Positions 20,371-30,219 of a DNA stretch of 64,000 nt are shown here, one piece after another (the first letter of the stretch is position 1; every line of letters begins with the position of its first letter). Below the pieces are notes generated by a model. It was given only the letters and a program-made list of their open reading frames with translations. It did no database searches and was not told the DNA's origin. Source of the DNA: Candidatus Bathyarchaeota archaeon (GTDB lineage: Archaea > Thermoproteota > Bathyarchaeia > 40CM-2-53-6); assembly GCA_963726255.1 (NCBI GenBank), contig CAVSBL010000002.1:1920001-1984000 (forward strand). The letters are read 5' to 3'. The translations under genes and the position numbers were made by a program.

Positions 20371-20749
20371 AAGAGCGGGCGCGGCCATCCCCGAAATGTT
20401 CCGCACGTTAATCGAGAAACCCAGCACGCAATTCTACCCATACCAGAAGGTGGACTTACCGCAACGGTTCCGTGGGAAATTAGACATTGACCCAGAGAAA
20501 TGCACCGGTTGCCAGGTCTGCGCAATGGTCTGCCCTGCCAGCGTCATAACGATGGTTGATTTTGGGACTCGCAAGGTCGGCGATCGCGTATTGCCCGTCA
20601 AACGGCCAGTCTTCGAGTTAGCTACGTGCATTTTCTGCGGTGAATGCGTCGACAATTGCGCGTTCAATGCGCTTGAGATGACGAAACAGTTCGAGTTAGC
20701 TACACCACACAAAGAAGACTTGGTGATGAGGAAGGCTCTTGTAAAATGA
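20360..20749 (+). CDS. NuoI-like 2x[4Fe-4S] ferredoxin subunit
   Basis: CTGCQVCAMVCP and CIFCGECVDNCA. Confidence 0.92.
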   Translation: MPRRRAGAAIPEMFRTLIEKPSTQFYPYQKVDLPQRFRGKLDIDPEKCTGCQVCAMVCPASVITMVDFGTRKVGDRVLPVKRPVFELATCIFCGECVDNCAFNALEMTKQFELATPHKEDLVMRKALVK

Positions 20750-21264
20750 GCTTCGAAATTTCCCTAATCCTGGGAGCAATGCTAGTCGGCGCCACCATCG
20801 TAGCCTTGATGGTACGCAAACTCGTTTGGTCTCTAATCATGCTCTTCTACTCTAGCATAATCTTCGGCGTGTTACTGATTAGTTATGGCGCAACTTTCGC
20901 GGGCTTATTCCACATCATAACCTTCGCCGGCGCGGTATCCGTGCTCTTCATGGTCATACTAATGATCGTCGGCGGCCAAGCCTTCAGCTACACGGATAAG
21001 CTCAGCAAAGAAAACTATACTGGAATGATTATTGCGATTCTCGCCGCGATCCCCCTCGTTGTCTTGGTCTCAAACTTTGAGCCATTCGCCGTCAGAGTGC
21101 AGGAACAAACCCAACTTGTAGGGTTGGCAAGCCAAGCGGGCGACCCGCTCGCGTTTCTGTGGGCCCTACGGTCTTGGGATCTACTGCTGGTTGTCATACT
21201 AGTAGCCGCCGCTATGCTTGGTGTGATGAACTTGTTCTCAAGGGAAGGGGGCCCTGAAAAATGA
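20746..21264 (+). CDS. NuoJ-like membrane subunit
   Basis: Five TMs; FAGAVSVLF. Confidence 0.8.
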   Translation: MSFEISLILGAMLVGATIVALMVRKLVWSLIMLFYSSIIFGVLLISYGATFAGLFHIITFAGAVSVLFMVILMIVGGQAFSYTDKLSKENYTGMIIAILAAIPLVVLVSNFEPFAVRVQEQTQLVGLASQAGDPLAFLWALRSWDLLLVVILVAAAMLGVMNLFSREGGPEK

Positions 21265-21569
21265 ACGAGCAACAGCTCTTGCAGGTCTTCGCGGCCCTAC
21301 TGTTCGTTTCAGGTTTCGGGACAATCGCCGCTGCAAAGAACCTTGTCAAGGCGATTATGGGGTTCCAAGTGATGATTTGGGGCGTCAACCTCGCACTCTT
21401 CGCCGGAGGCCTAATCAACAACGAAGTCACGCTTTTCGCGACGTCGCTCGTCGTTCTCTCCATTTCCATCGGTGCAAGCGTTGAAGCGCTCGCCCTCTCC
21501 CTCGTGATTCTGACATTTCGAAGGTACGGTACCCTCAACCCATGGGAGATTAGGAGGCTCGCCCATTGA
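21261..21569 (+). CDS. NuoK/MrpC-like membrane subunit
   Basis: Three TMs; KNLVKAIMG, GASVEALAL, YGTLN. Confidence 0.82.
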   Translation: MNEQQLLQVFAALLFVSGFGTIAAAKNLVKAIMGFQVMIWGVNLALFAGGLINNEVTLFATSLVVLSISIGASVEALALSLVILTFRRYGTLNPWEIRRLAH

Positions 21570-23332
21570 CCACATTCTACGCGGAATGGCTCGTTTGGGC
21601 CCTGCCCTTCATCGCCATACCCTTCACCCTCGCCCTATCCCGCTGGCCAAAGGTAAGGAACTGGTTTGCCGCAACCATAACTGGGCTCGCTTTCCTCTTA
21701 GCCATTGACCTGCTGCTCGAGGTCCAGAGTGGCCGGATTATCGATTCGTCGATTTCGTGGCTGTCAGTTTACGGTTTCCAAGTGAAGGTGCACGTAGACG
21801 GCTTAGCGGCCTTCTTGGCGGTGGTGGTGAACTCGCTTGGTTTCCTCATCGTGGTCTATTCACAGGGTTACATCGGCCATGAGAAAGGCCTGCCCAGGTA
21901 CTATTCACTCGTCCAACTCTTCATCGGCGCTATGACTGGGCTCGTCCTTGCTGGAAACTTTCTCCAGCTCTACATATTCTGGGAAATAGTAGGCATCTGC
22001 TCCGCGTTCCTGATAGCCTTCTGGTATGACCGGCCTGAAGCAGTCCGTGCGGGACTGAAGGCTTTCCTCGTCACAAGGGTTGGGGACGCAGCGTTACTGG
22101 TCGGGTTTCTTTGGCTCTACGTCACAAGCGGCACCGTGGATTTCCAGAAACTAGGTACGCTCGCATCTCAGGGGTTAATTCCTGCAACGGTCCTTGCAGC
22201 CGCAGGACTCCTAATCCTAGTCGGTGCAATGGGGAAGTCGGCGCAAGTCCCGCTCCACGTTTGGCTACCAGACGCAATGGAAGGGCCGACGACCGTTAGC
22301 GCCCTAATCCATGCTGCAACAATGGTTAACGCCGGCGTATACCTAGTCGCCCGAACCTACACAATCTTCTCCTACAGCCAGACTTGGCTGTCCGCGGTTG
22401 GTTGGGTGGGCATAATCTCAGCCTTGTTAGCGGCAAGCATCGCCACCGTCACCATGGACATAAAACGAGTCCTAGCATACTCCACAATCAGCCAACTCGG
22501 GATGATGTTCGCGGCACTTGGAACGGGAACAGCGGGCGGATGGTTCGCGTCCCAGTTCCACCTCATGAGTCAAGGCTTCTTCAAAGCCCTGGGATTCTTG
22601 GCTGCAGGTTCTATCATCCACGTTCTGGGAACCCGGAATATGGATGAGATGGGCGGGTTGCGGAAGCGCATGCCGATCACGTTCATCGCATTCCTCTTCT
22701 CAACGCTTGCGCTGGCGGGTGTTCCCCCGTTCGTTGGTTTCTGGAGCAAAGACCTCATCATAACCGAACTATCCCTAGCCGGCCAAAACGTCCAAGCCAT
22801 GCTAATTCTTGTTGTCTCGATGCTCACATCCTTCTACATGTTCCGCGCGCTCTTCAAAGTCTTCTTCGGGCCCGAGAGCAAGATGGCGCAAGAGAAGGAT
22901 ACCCATGAGTCACCGAAGGTCATGACGATACCGCTCCTAATCCTAAGCGCTTGCGTACTCGGGTTGGGCTTTATAGAAAGCCCAGCCGCGAACCTACTTG
23001 GAATAACAGAGAACCTTACCTTCGAGCTGCCAATTATCGGCGCTTCCCTCATTGCGATTCTGATCGGGCTAACGCCCACGTACTTTGCGTTCTACCTGCA
23101 CAAACCTGACCCGCAGACATTTCTCGAACACCACCCCGGCCTTGGTGGCTTCAGGCGGGTTATGCTTGCTGGGTATGGGTTTGACGCACTCTACCTCGCA
23201 GTGTTCGTTCGACCCCTCTCCAAGATCTCGAGTGCGGTGAGAGAGTTTCAGACCGGAATTCTAGGGAAGAACCTCTGGCCTATGCTTGCAGTTTTGGCGA
23301 TTCTCGTGCTATGGATGGTGCTGTACCTATGA
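21566..23332 (+). CDS. NuoL/MrpA-like antiporter subunit
   Basis: FWEIVG, GKSAQVPLHVWLPDAMEGPT, SALIHAATMV, FWSKD. Confidence 0.93.
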   Translation: MTTFYAEWLVWALPFIAIPFTLALSRWPKVRNWFAATITGLAFLLAIDLLLEVQSGRIIDSSISWLSVYGFQVKVHVDGLAAFLAVVVNSLGFLIVVYSQGYIGHEKGLPRYYSLVQLFIGAMTGLVLAGNFLQLYIFWEIVGICSAFLIAFWYDRPEAVRAGLKAFLVTRVGDAALLVGFLWLYVTSGTVDFQKLGTLASQGLIPATVLAAAGLLILVGAMGKSAQVPLHVWLPDAMEGPTTVSALIHAATMVNAGVYLVARTYTIFSYSQTWLSAVGWVGIISALLAASIATVTMDIKRVLAYSTISQLGMMFAALGTGTAGGWFASQFHLMSQGFFKALGFLAAGSIIHVLGTRNMDEMGGLRKRMPITFIAFLFSTLALAGVPPFVGFWSKDLIITELSLAGQNVQAMLILVVSMLTSFYMFRALFKVFFGPESKMAQEKDTHESPKVMTIPLLILSACVLGLGFIESPAANLLGITENLTFELPIIGASLIAILIGLTPTYFAFYLHKPDPQTFLEHHPGLGGFRRVMLAGYGFDALYLAVFVRPLSKISSAVREFQTGILGKNLWPMLAVLAILVLWMVLYL

Positions 23333-24834
23333 ACGATTGGCTCACGCTATTCGCAACTTTCGCCCCAGGCTTCTTAGGCGCATTCGCCATACTCATCCTC
23401 GACCTCATATTCAAGAGAAGAACAACGCACCGCTCTGCTCTTAGCGGGGTGATAGGCCTCGCAGCTTTCGCTCTGATCGGCTACAGCAACTGGCAACAGG
23501 CCGCGACTGTGCTGGCGACTGGTAACCCCATTGTAATTCGCCTCGAACCCAGCCTGCTAGCTACAACCTTCACGATAACGCAGTTAGGCGTTTACATTTC
23601 CACAATCGCACTTCTACTCTGCGTTCTGATCAGCGTGTACTCGATCGCATACCTCTCTAAGGAGGGGAGTTGCGCGCTCTTCCAATCCCTGATCCTCCTA
23701 CTCTACCTGAGCATATACGCCGTCACAGTCTCCGGCGACCTGCTCACCTTCTTCATTGGCTGGGAGGGTATGAGCGTCGCCGCCTACGGCCTAGTTGCCT
23801 TCTACAAGCACAGCTGGGAAGCCATCGAAGCGACCGTAAAATACCTCCTAATGAGCGGAATCGGAAGCCTCACCGCACTCTACGGCATCGCCCTGATCTA
23901 CGGCCTAACGGGAACGTTGAACATTGAGAATTATGTGAAAGGTTTCGCCAACATAACCCCCATTGGAACGTTGGCGATTCTCCTGATCTTCGTAGGGTTT
24001 GGTGTCGAAGCCGCGATTGCACCGCTACACATGTGGTTGCCTGACGCCCATCCCGCCGCCCCAAGCCCAATGAGCGCGCTCCTGTCTGGAATCATCATCG
24101 AGGTGGGTAGCTTCGCCTTCATACGCCTACTCGGCGGAATCCTAACCCTCCCAGCTTACGTGATTCTGGCTCAGCCAATGCTTGCAGCCGCGGCGGTAGC
24201 TACTATGTTCGTGGGCAACTTGTCTGCGTTACAGCAGGATGATTTGAAACGGCTATTAGCCTATTCGAGCATCGCGCAAGTCGGTTACATACTCCTCGGA
24301 ATCGCCACGCTTACACCGCAAGGTTTCGCGGCGAGCATTTTCCACATCTGGAACCATGCACTCCTGAAGGGGATGTTGTTCCTCCTCGCAGGAATCGTCA
24401 CTTTCCAGATTGGCACAAGAAGCCTAACTGAAATGGCAGGCTTAGGAAGGAAGAGCCCAATCCTCGCGGCCATGTTCGGGCTCAGCGCTTTAGCCATGAC
24501 CGGCGTCCCACCCTTCGGCTTGTTCTGGAGTGAACTGTTGATAGTTCTCTCAAGCCTGGCCGCGGGGTCGATTATCCTTGACGCGGCGGTTGTGATGATG
24601 CTGCTCAACCTACTAATCTCCATAGCGTACTATTTCCGTGTCATACGGGTTGTCGCCTTCGCACAACCAAGCAGCCACCTTAACGGAAACGGCGCGGTGA
24701 AGATACCGAAACTCCTACTGATTCCATGCATCATCCTAATCGCCTTAAGTTTGATTACAGGGCTCTACCCGAACGTTTTCTACCAGCCAGCAGCAAATGC
24801 GGTTAACGGCATACTGGCCGGATTCTCATGGTGA
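23329..24834 (+). CDS. NuoN/M/MrpD-like antiporter subunit
   Basis: GWEGMS, LHMWLPDAHPAAP, KRLLAYSSIAQVGY; ATGA overlap with the NuoL-like gene. Confidence 0.92.
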   Translation: MNDWLTLFATFAPGFLGAFAILILDLIFKRRTTHRSALSGVIGLAAFALIGYSNWQQAATVLATGNPIVIRLEPSLLATTFTITQLGVYISTIALLLCVLISVYSIAYLSKEGSCALFQSLILLLYLSIYAVTVSGDLLTFFIGWEGMSVAAYGLVAFYKHSWEAIEATVKYLLMSGIGSLTALYGIALIYGLTGTLNIENYVKGFANITPIGTLAILLIFVGFGVEAAIAPLHMWLPDAHPAAPSPMSALLSGIIIEVGSFAFIRLLGGILTLPAYVILAQPMLAAAAVATMFVGNLSALQQDDLKRLLAYSSIAQVGYILLGIATLTPQGFAASIFHIWNHALLKGMLFLLAGIVTFQIGTRSLTEMAGLGRKSPILAAMFGLSALAMTGVPPFGLFWSELLIVLSSLAAGSIILDAAVVMMLLNLLISIAYYFRVIRVVAFAQPSSHLNGNGAVKIPKLLLIPCIILIALSLITGLYPNVFYQPAANAVNGILAGFSW

Positions 24835-24840
24835 CCTAAA

Positions 24841-25194
24841 ATGAGTGAAAATGTGAGTGAAGGAGGAAGAGAGCGAATAATCAAAGACGTAGAAACTCTT
24901 GACCAGGCAGTCAAAGCCGAGAAGGATGTTGAGTCCGGCTACCATGGCGTCATAGACGAAAACATCTCCTACTGGTTAGCCGTAGAAGAAGACATCGTTG
25001 AAAGCTACATGAAGCTGGCCAAGAAAAGCAGAAACAGGAAAACCAAGACCACCCTCAACAAAATCATAGCCGACTCTAAAAACCACATCCGAATGCTCAC
25101 ATCGATACGTAAAGCCTTCAACAAGATCATGGCAGACGAACACCGCCACGCAGCAATGCTCCAAGAATTAGCCGACAAATCCCACAAGAAATAA
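24841..25194 (+). CDS. Ferritin-like/rubrerythrin-type helical protein
   Basis: AVEEDIVESY...IIADSKNH...DEHRH diiron-like motifs; 6 bp after the operon. Confidence 0.6.
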   Translation: MSENVSEGGRERIIKDVETLDQAVKAEKDVESGYHGVIDENISYWLAVEEDIVESYMKLAKKSRNRKTKTTLNKIIADSKNHIRMLTSIRKAFNKIMADEHRHAAMLQELADKSHKK

Positions 25195-25251
25195 GCTACT
25201 GCATCGCCTTACTTGCTGTAGCAACAACGCTCTACGGCTTCCTGTGGTGTA

Positions 25252-25857
25252 TCATGATTTCTCTCTATTTAGTAGCATGTTGATTATCCTGAAAGTTAAC
25301 CCCCATATCACGTTCCCATCGTAAACGTAAGCTTCGACATCCAGTTTGCCTTCCTCAACTCCTACCTCGGATCTGCTGACAGTGATTCCATTCAGAGTAC
25401 TTAGGGGTACCCAGAAACTCTCCGCTACTTCATCGTTCGATTGAACGGCAACATCAGTCTTCAGTTGGAAAACGTAAGAGGCGACTGGGACTTGGCGAGT
25501 GCGGGAAAACATTACTGGAAGTTGACCGAGAAGCTCATGCTCCTGCAGGTCGATGCCAACTTCTTCCCGCGCTTCTCTGATGGCTGTTGCTAGGAGGTCT
25601 CGGTCGGCATGGTCCTTGTGGCCTCCGGGGAAGGCCACCTGCCCCGACCAAGGGTCACCCACACGTTCCGTCCTCCTGATTAGAAGAATGGAGCCTCCCC
25701 GATCGTTCGGATTGATGATAATTGCGACCGCCGCCACCGGTTCGCCCTGATCTGATTCAGAGGCGGATGGTTCCCTTCGAAGACGCTTCTTGAGAGACTC
25801 AAGGTCAACGGTACCTGTCAAAGCAGCCACCTGGTCAGGCCGCACTAAAGTGCGCAT
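25252..25857 (-). CDS. Nudix hydrolase, CoA pyrophosphatase family
   Basis: WSGQVAFPGG...AIREAREEVG; IWGLT. Confidence 0.9.
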   Translation of the reverse strand: MRTLVRPDQVAALTGTVDLESLKKRLRREPSASESDQGEPVAAVAIIINPNDRGGSILLIRRTERVGDPWSGQVAFPGGHKDHADRDLLATAIREAREEVGIDLQEHELLGQLPVMFSRTRQVPVASYVFQLKTDVAVQSNDEVAESFWVPLSTLNGITVSRSEVGVEEGKLDVEAYVYDGNVIWGLTFRIINMLLNREKS

Positions 25858-25961
25858 TCTATTTGAACGGTCCCTCTCAGAGCATCAGTAATCGAACCGC
25901 CCTTTTGGATGCGTCCCTTTTATCCGAAAGCGTCGTAATCTTGCCAAAGAGGACGGGGACT

Positions 25962-27479
25962 ATGGGATACTCGTTTGAGCTTGACGAAGTTACGATAGAT
26001 GAATTTCAGCAGGGGATGCGGTCAGATAAATTCACAGCCCGTTCCATAACCGAGGCCTATCTAGCCCGCATTGAAGCGCTAGATAAACAGGGACCAGCAA
26101 TCAATGCTGTCATCGAGCTGAACCCTGATGCCCTCGCGATAGCTGATCAACTTGACATCGAATTCAGAGAGAAAGGGCCACACGGGCCTCTACACGGCAT
26201 CCCTATCCTGATTAAAGATAACATTGACACTGCAGACCGGATGAGCACCACCGCCGGATCCCTCGCCTTAGAGGGTTCCGCCGCTACGTACGACGCCTTT
26301 CTAGTGCAGCGTCTGCGTGTAGCAGGCGCCGTAATTCTTGGAAAGGCGAACTTGAGTGAGTGGGCGAATTTTCGAGCTTCCCATTCAGTTAGCGGTTGGA
26401 GCGGTCGTGGAGGGCAAACTCGCAACCCGTACATCCTTGACCGAAATCCATGTGGTTCAAGCTCAGGTTCTGCGGTAGCGGTTGCAGCAAACCTGTGCGC
26501 CGTTGCCGTTGGCACAGAAACCGACGGCTCAATCGTATGCCCCTCCGCGGTGAATGGGATTGTTGGGATTAAGCCGACGCTCGGCCTCGTTAGTCGGAGC
26601 GGAGTTATTCCCATCGCTCACAGCCAGGACACGCCGGGGCCGATGGCGCGCACCGTGCGCGATGCAACCATTCTCCTGAACACCCTTGCTGGCGCGGACC
26701 CCGATGACCCTGCCACGAAACAGGCTGCTTCCAAATCCGAACTTGACTATACGAAATTCCTAGACCTCAAAGGGCTCAGCGGCGCCCGTTTGGGGGTTGC
26801 GAAAAAATTCTTCGGTTACAATGCAGCAGTGGATCGAGTAATCAATGACTCCATTGCCAAAATGAAGCAGTGCGGCGCCAAAACGATAGACCTAGTCGAC
26901 TATCCGACGCAAAAATTAGGTGACTCCGAACTCGAGGTTCTACTATACGAGTTCAAAGCCGACCTCAACGCCTACCTCAAAAGACGGGGAGGCCCTTTCG
27001 CCATCAGGTCACTTGCGGATATCATAGCATTCAACGAGGGAAGGCGCAACGAGGAGATGCCTTACTTCGAACAGGACATTATGATCAAGGCCGAAATGAA
27101 AGGCCCCCTCACCGAGAAAGCGTACAGGGACGCGCTCGCTAGGAACCGCAAGTTCTCCCGGGCGGAAGGAATCGACGCTGTCATCGGCAAACACAACCTC
27201 GACGCCATCGTAGCCCCAACCACGGGCCCAGCTTGGCTTACGGACTGGGTCACAGGCGACCATGAGTCGGGAAGTTGTTCCACACCCGCAGCCGTAGCCG
27301 GCTACCCACACATCACAGTCCCAGCCGGATTCGTAGCCGGCTTACCCGTGGGCGTCTCATTCTTCGGCCCAGCTTGGAGCGAACCAACCCTACTCAGGTT
27401 AGCGTACGCTTTCGAGCAAGCCACAAAGATGCGGCGCGCACCAGGATTCCTTCCAACTGTTCGATTTGAAACAATTTGA
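25962..27479 (+). CDS. Amidase-signature family amidase
   Basis: IKDNI, GSSSGS, GTETDGSIVCPS; likely start is ATG at 25962. Confidence 0.93.
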   Translation: MGYSFELDEVTIDEFQQGMRSDKFTARSITEAYLARIEALDKQGPAINAVIELNPDALAIADQLDIEFREKGPHGPLHGIPILIKDNIDTADRMSTTAGSLALEGSAATYDAFLVQRLRVAGAVILGKANLSEWANFRASHSVSGWSGRGGQTRNPYILDRNPCGSSSGSAVAVAANLCAVAVGTETDGSIVCPSAVNGIVGIKPTLGLVSRSGVIPIAHSQDTPGPMARTVRDATILLNTLAGADPDDPATKQAASKSELDYTKFLDLKGLSGARLGVAKKFFGYNAAVDRVINDSIAKMKQCGAKTIDLVDYPTQKLGDSELEVLLYEFKADLNAYLKRRGGPFAIRSLADIIAFNEGRRNEEMPYFEQDIMIKAEMKGPLTEKAYRDALARNRKFSRAEGIDAVIGKHNLDAIVAPTTGPAWLTDWVTGDHESGSCSTPAAVAGYPHITVPAGFVAGLPVGVSFFGPAWSEPTLLRLAYAFEQATKMRRAPGFLPTVRFETI

Positions 27480-27537
27480 GCGAGCCGAAGCATTCCTTCG
27501 TTGGACAGGGGCCGCTACGCCGGCTAGTCGCCCGTGC

Positions 27538-28263
27538 TCAAAGTGGTTTGGTCCCGATGTACAACCCTCTTCCTATGAGGCCTTTCGAGTCGCGAACCAC
27601 TCTCAAACCAACCGAACGGAACGCTTTCATGTACTCATCATTCGTGAAGAGTCCGAACTCGTCTTCTTCCTTGAAATCGCTGATATTGTCCGGCGTCCCA
27701 ACCATGTAGTGAAAATCGAGTTTGGAAATTCGTCCTTTCACTACGGTTCGGTTCATTCGCACAATTTTCATTTTGGGTTGGTTCACAAATACAGCGCTTA
27801 TTCTGCCGGGATGGAAGGCGGTCGGCGTCAACCAGGGTTCAACAATTAACACGCCTCCCGGCTTCAGGTGCCGCTCCATGTTCCTGATAGCTTGCTGCAG
27901 CCTCTGGTAGCTTGTCATGTATCCGATTGCGCTGAAGAGGCAGGTGATGACGTCGAATTGTTTCTTGAGATTGAAGCTCAACATGTTACTATAATGAAAT
28001 CTAATCCCCGGGTTTCTCTTGCGTGCAATTGCCAGCAACCTTCGGTCTAAATCCAAGCCTTCAACCGTGAAAAACTGTTTCAGGAAGGAGATGTGGCGGC
28101 CTGTTCCACAGGCCACGTCCAGCAGCGTTTTGCCCGTGGATTTCTGCCGCTTTCGAATTATCTCGCGCAGCCGCTTTGCCTCTCTCCCATAATCCTTTCC
28201 AACAGCGTCGTAGATGGCATCGTAATAGCTAGCTGATTTCTCGAACAAACCCAACCCGAACAA
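27538..28263 (-). CDS. Class I SAM-dependent methyltransferase (TylM1/DesVI-like)
   Basis: LLDVACGTG, FDVITCLFSAIGY, PGGVLIVEPW, GRGLYIG. Confidence 0.9.
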   Translation of the reverse strand: MFGLGLFEKSASYYDAIYDAVGKDYGREAKRLREIIRKRQKSTGKTLLDVACGTGRHISFLKQFFTVEGLDLDRRLLAIARKRNPGIRFHYSNMLSFNLKKQFDVITCLFSAIGYMTSYQRLQQAIRNMERHLKPGGVLIVEPWLTPTAFHPGRISAVFVNQPKMKIVRMNRTVVKGRISKLDFHYMVGTPDNISDFKEEDEFGLFTNDEYMKAFRSVGLRVVRDSKGLIGRGLYIGTKPL

Positions 28264-28276
28264 CCCGTGTCAGATA

Positions 28277-28879
28277 TTAGCAGAGCTTGCTATGTGAGGT
28301 TAACGGGAAAAACTTCGGTACGCGCTTCTGATACTGACGGTAATCTCCCTTAAACCGTTTCGTCAATTCCCGTTCTTCCAAGGGGATTGTTAGAAAGTAT
28401 GAGGTGAAAAAATCAATCAAAGCGAGGACGCCTGTCCCGGCAAATCCTGTCATGAGGAAGATGCCCACGAAGATCATGGTATGGGCGAGGTAGGTGGGGT
28501 GCCTTACTAGTGAGAATGGCCCAACCTTCACCGGCTTCCTCGGTCCCGCTTGCGGCTTCAACTCTGAATAGGCGATCAGCGATTTCCAGCCAAGCAGTTT
28601 AGCAGTCCAAGCATTCAGTGAAAGTCCGAGAACGAACAATGACGCGCCCAACACCAACAAAAGCCCGAGGGCAAGCATCTGGCCCAGCAAAAATCCTTGG
28701 AAGGTAATTACGATAATCATGACCGGTATCATTTCCACAAGAACAATCAGGTAGGTATACGCTCCGAGTTTTCTCCAAAACGATGGGTTACCGTGCACTT
28801 GCAGGAAGAAGACTGGGATGAAGGGCCATAGAGCAAGTGCTGCAACAGCTAAGGCCCGTAGCAAGAACAACACCAGCAT
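28277..28879 (-). CDS. Isoprenylcysteine carboxyl methyltransferase (ICMT/PEMT) family membrane protein
   Basis: GPFSLVRHPTY, EEREL, YRQYQKRVPKF. Confidence 0.88.
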   Translation of the reverse strand: MLVLFLLRALAVAALALWPFIPVFFLQVHGNPSFWRKLGAYTYLIVLVEMIPVMIIVITFQGFLLGQMLALGLLLVLGASLFVLGLSLNAWTAKLLGWKSLIAYSELKPQAGPRKPVKVGPFSLVRHPTYLAHTMIFVGIFLMTGFAGTGVLALIDFFTSYFLTIPLEERELTKRFKGDYRQYQKRVPKFFPLTSHSKLC

Positions 28880-28955
28880 CTGCGTAGACAGCGGTCAAGC
28901 TTTATCTTTCGGTCGAACGCCAACTCACGCCCTCGATGCTCTGGAGAGTTTTGAA

Positions 28956-30185
28956 TTGGCAAGTGTAGAAGATGCAATAGGTTGGATTGAGAAATCCCGC
29001 GATGACATGACACGTTTCATGCTAGAGGTCCTGAAGATAAAGGCCGTAAACCCAGATGGCGGCGGTAAAGGCGAGTATCAACGCGCGCTCTTCGTCAAAA
29101 AATGGCTGGAGGACATAGGGTTCAAAGTGACCCGCCACGATGTTGAGGATAAGCGCGTCCCAGAGGGCGTCCGCATAAACCTGACCTCAATCCTTGAGGG
29201 ACAGGACAAGAGTAAGACTCTCTGGTTAGCCGCGCACCTGGACACTGTCCCTGAGGGTTCCCGGGACTTATGGGCAACAGACCCGTATGACCCGGTCGTG
29301 AAGGAGGGTAAGATTTTCGGAAGGGGCTCCGAGGATAACGGCCAAGCCTTGGGTTCCACGCTGTTCACGGTGAAAGCGCTCAAACAGCTCGGCCTTAAAC
29401 CCAAAATGAACCTCGGAGTTGCATACGTGTCCGATGAAGAGTCAGGCAGCAAATACGGCGTCATCCCGCTTCTAGAAAGGAACGTGTTCAGCCCCACGGA
29501 CATCGCTATAGTTCCAGACACGGGGACGCCGGACGGCTCGCAGATCGAGGTCGCAGAAAAGAGCATCCTATGGTTGAAGATTACCACGAAGGGACGGCAG
29601 GTTCACGGAAGCACACCTGAAAAGGGGCTTAACGCAAGCAGAATTGGAATGAAACTAGCCCTTCAACTGGATGAATTGCTGCATGCAAAGTATGCTGCAA
29701 CCGACCCATTATTCGACCCGCCCGTCTCAACTTTCGAACCGACCAAGCATGAAGCCAACGTGGAAAATGTGAACACCGTTCCAGGCCTCGACGTGCAATA
29801 CTTTGACTGCCGGGTTCTTCCAAGTTACCCATTGGGAACTGTGATGAAGGATGTTGAATCATTGAAGTCGAAGCTGGAAAAAGAATCGGGCGCAACGATT
29901 GAACTCAAACCCGTACAATCCGAAGAGAACACCAACCCAACCCCGACTGACAGCGTTGTTGTTCAGAAGTTGAAAGCGGCGCTGAAGAAGCTACGCGACA
30001 TAGATGCAAAGCCTATTGGCATTGGGGGTGGGACTGTGGGATTATACTTCAGGCGGAAAGGAATTCAAACCGCCGTCTGGTCCACACTAGACGACATGGC
30101 TCACCAACCCAACGAGTACTGCAAGATTGACAACATGGTCAATGACGAAAATCTTCGTCCACGTAGCGATGAACTGACCCCATAA
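28956..30185 (+). CDS. M20/DapE-family metallo-hydrolase; extreme C-terminus appears frameshifted
   Basis: HLDTVP, GRGSEDNG, DEESGS, AEK, HQPNE; likely start is TTG at 28956. Confidence 0.9.
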   Translation: MASVEDAIGWIEKSRDDMTRFMLEVLKIKAVNPDGGGKGEYQRALFVKKWLEDIGFKVTRHDVEDKRVPEGVRINLTSILEGQDKSKTLWLAAHLDTVPEGSRDLWATDPYDPVVKEGKIFGRGSEDNGQALGSTLFTVKALKQLGLKPKMNLGVAYVSDEESGSKYGVIPLLERNVFSPTDIAIVPDTGTPDGSQIEVAEKSILWLKITTKGRQVHGSTPEKGLNASRIGMKLALQLDELLHAKYAATDPLFDPPVSTFEPTKHEANVENVNTVPGLDVQYFDCRVLPSYPLGTVMKDVESLKSKLEKESGATIELKPVQSEENTNPTPTDSVVVQKLKAALKKLRDIDAKPIGIGGGTVGLYFRRKGIQTAVWSTLDDMAHQPNEYCKIDNMVNDENLRPRSDELTP

Positions 30186-30219
30186 CCCCAGCTGCACTGA
30201 CCAACGAAGCCGTGTAAAC

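Noticed and set aside
16905-24834. NADH:quinone oxidoreductase (true complex I)
   Set aside because: The large subunit retains Ni-binding cysteines, a maturation protease is present, and NuoEFG is absent
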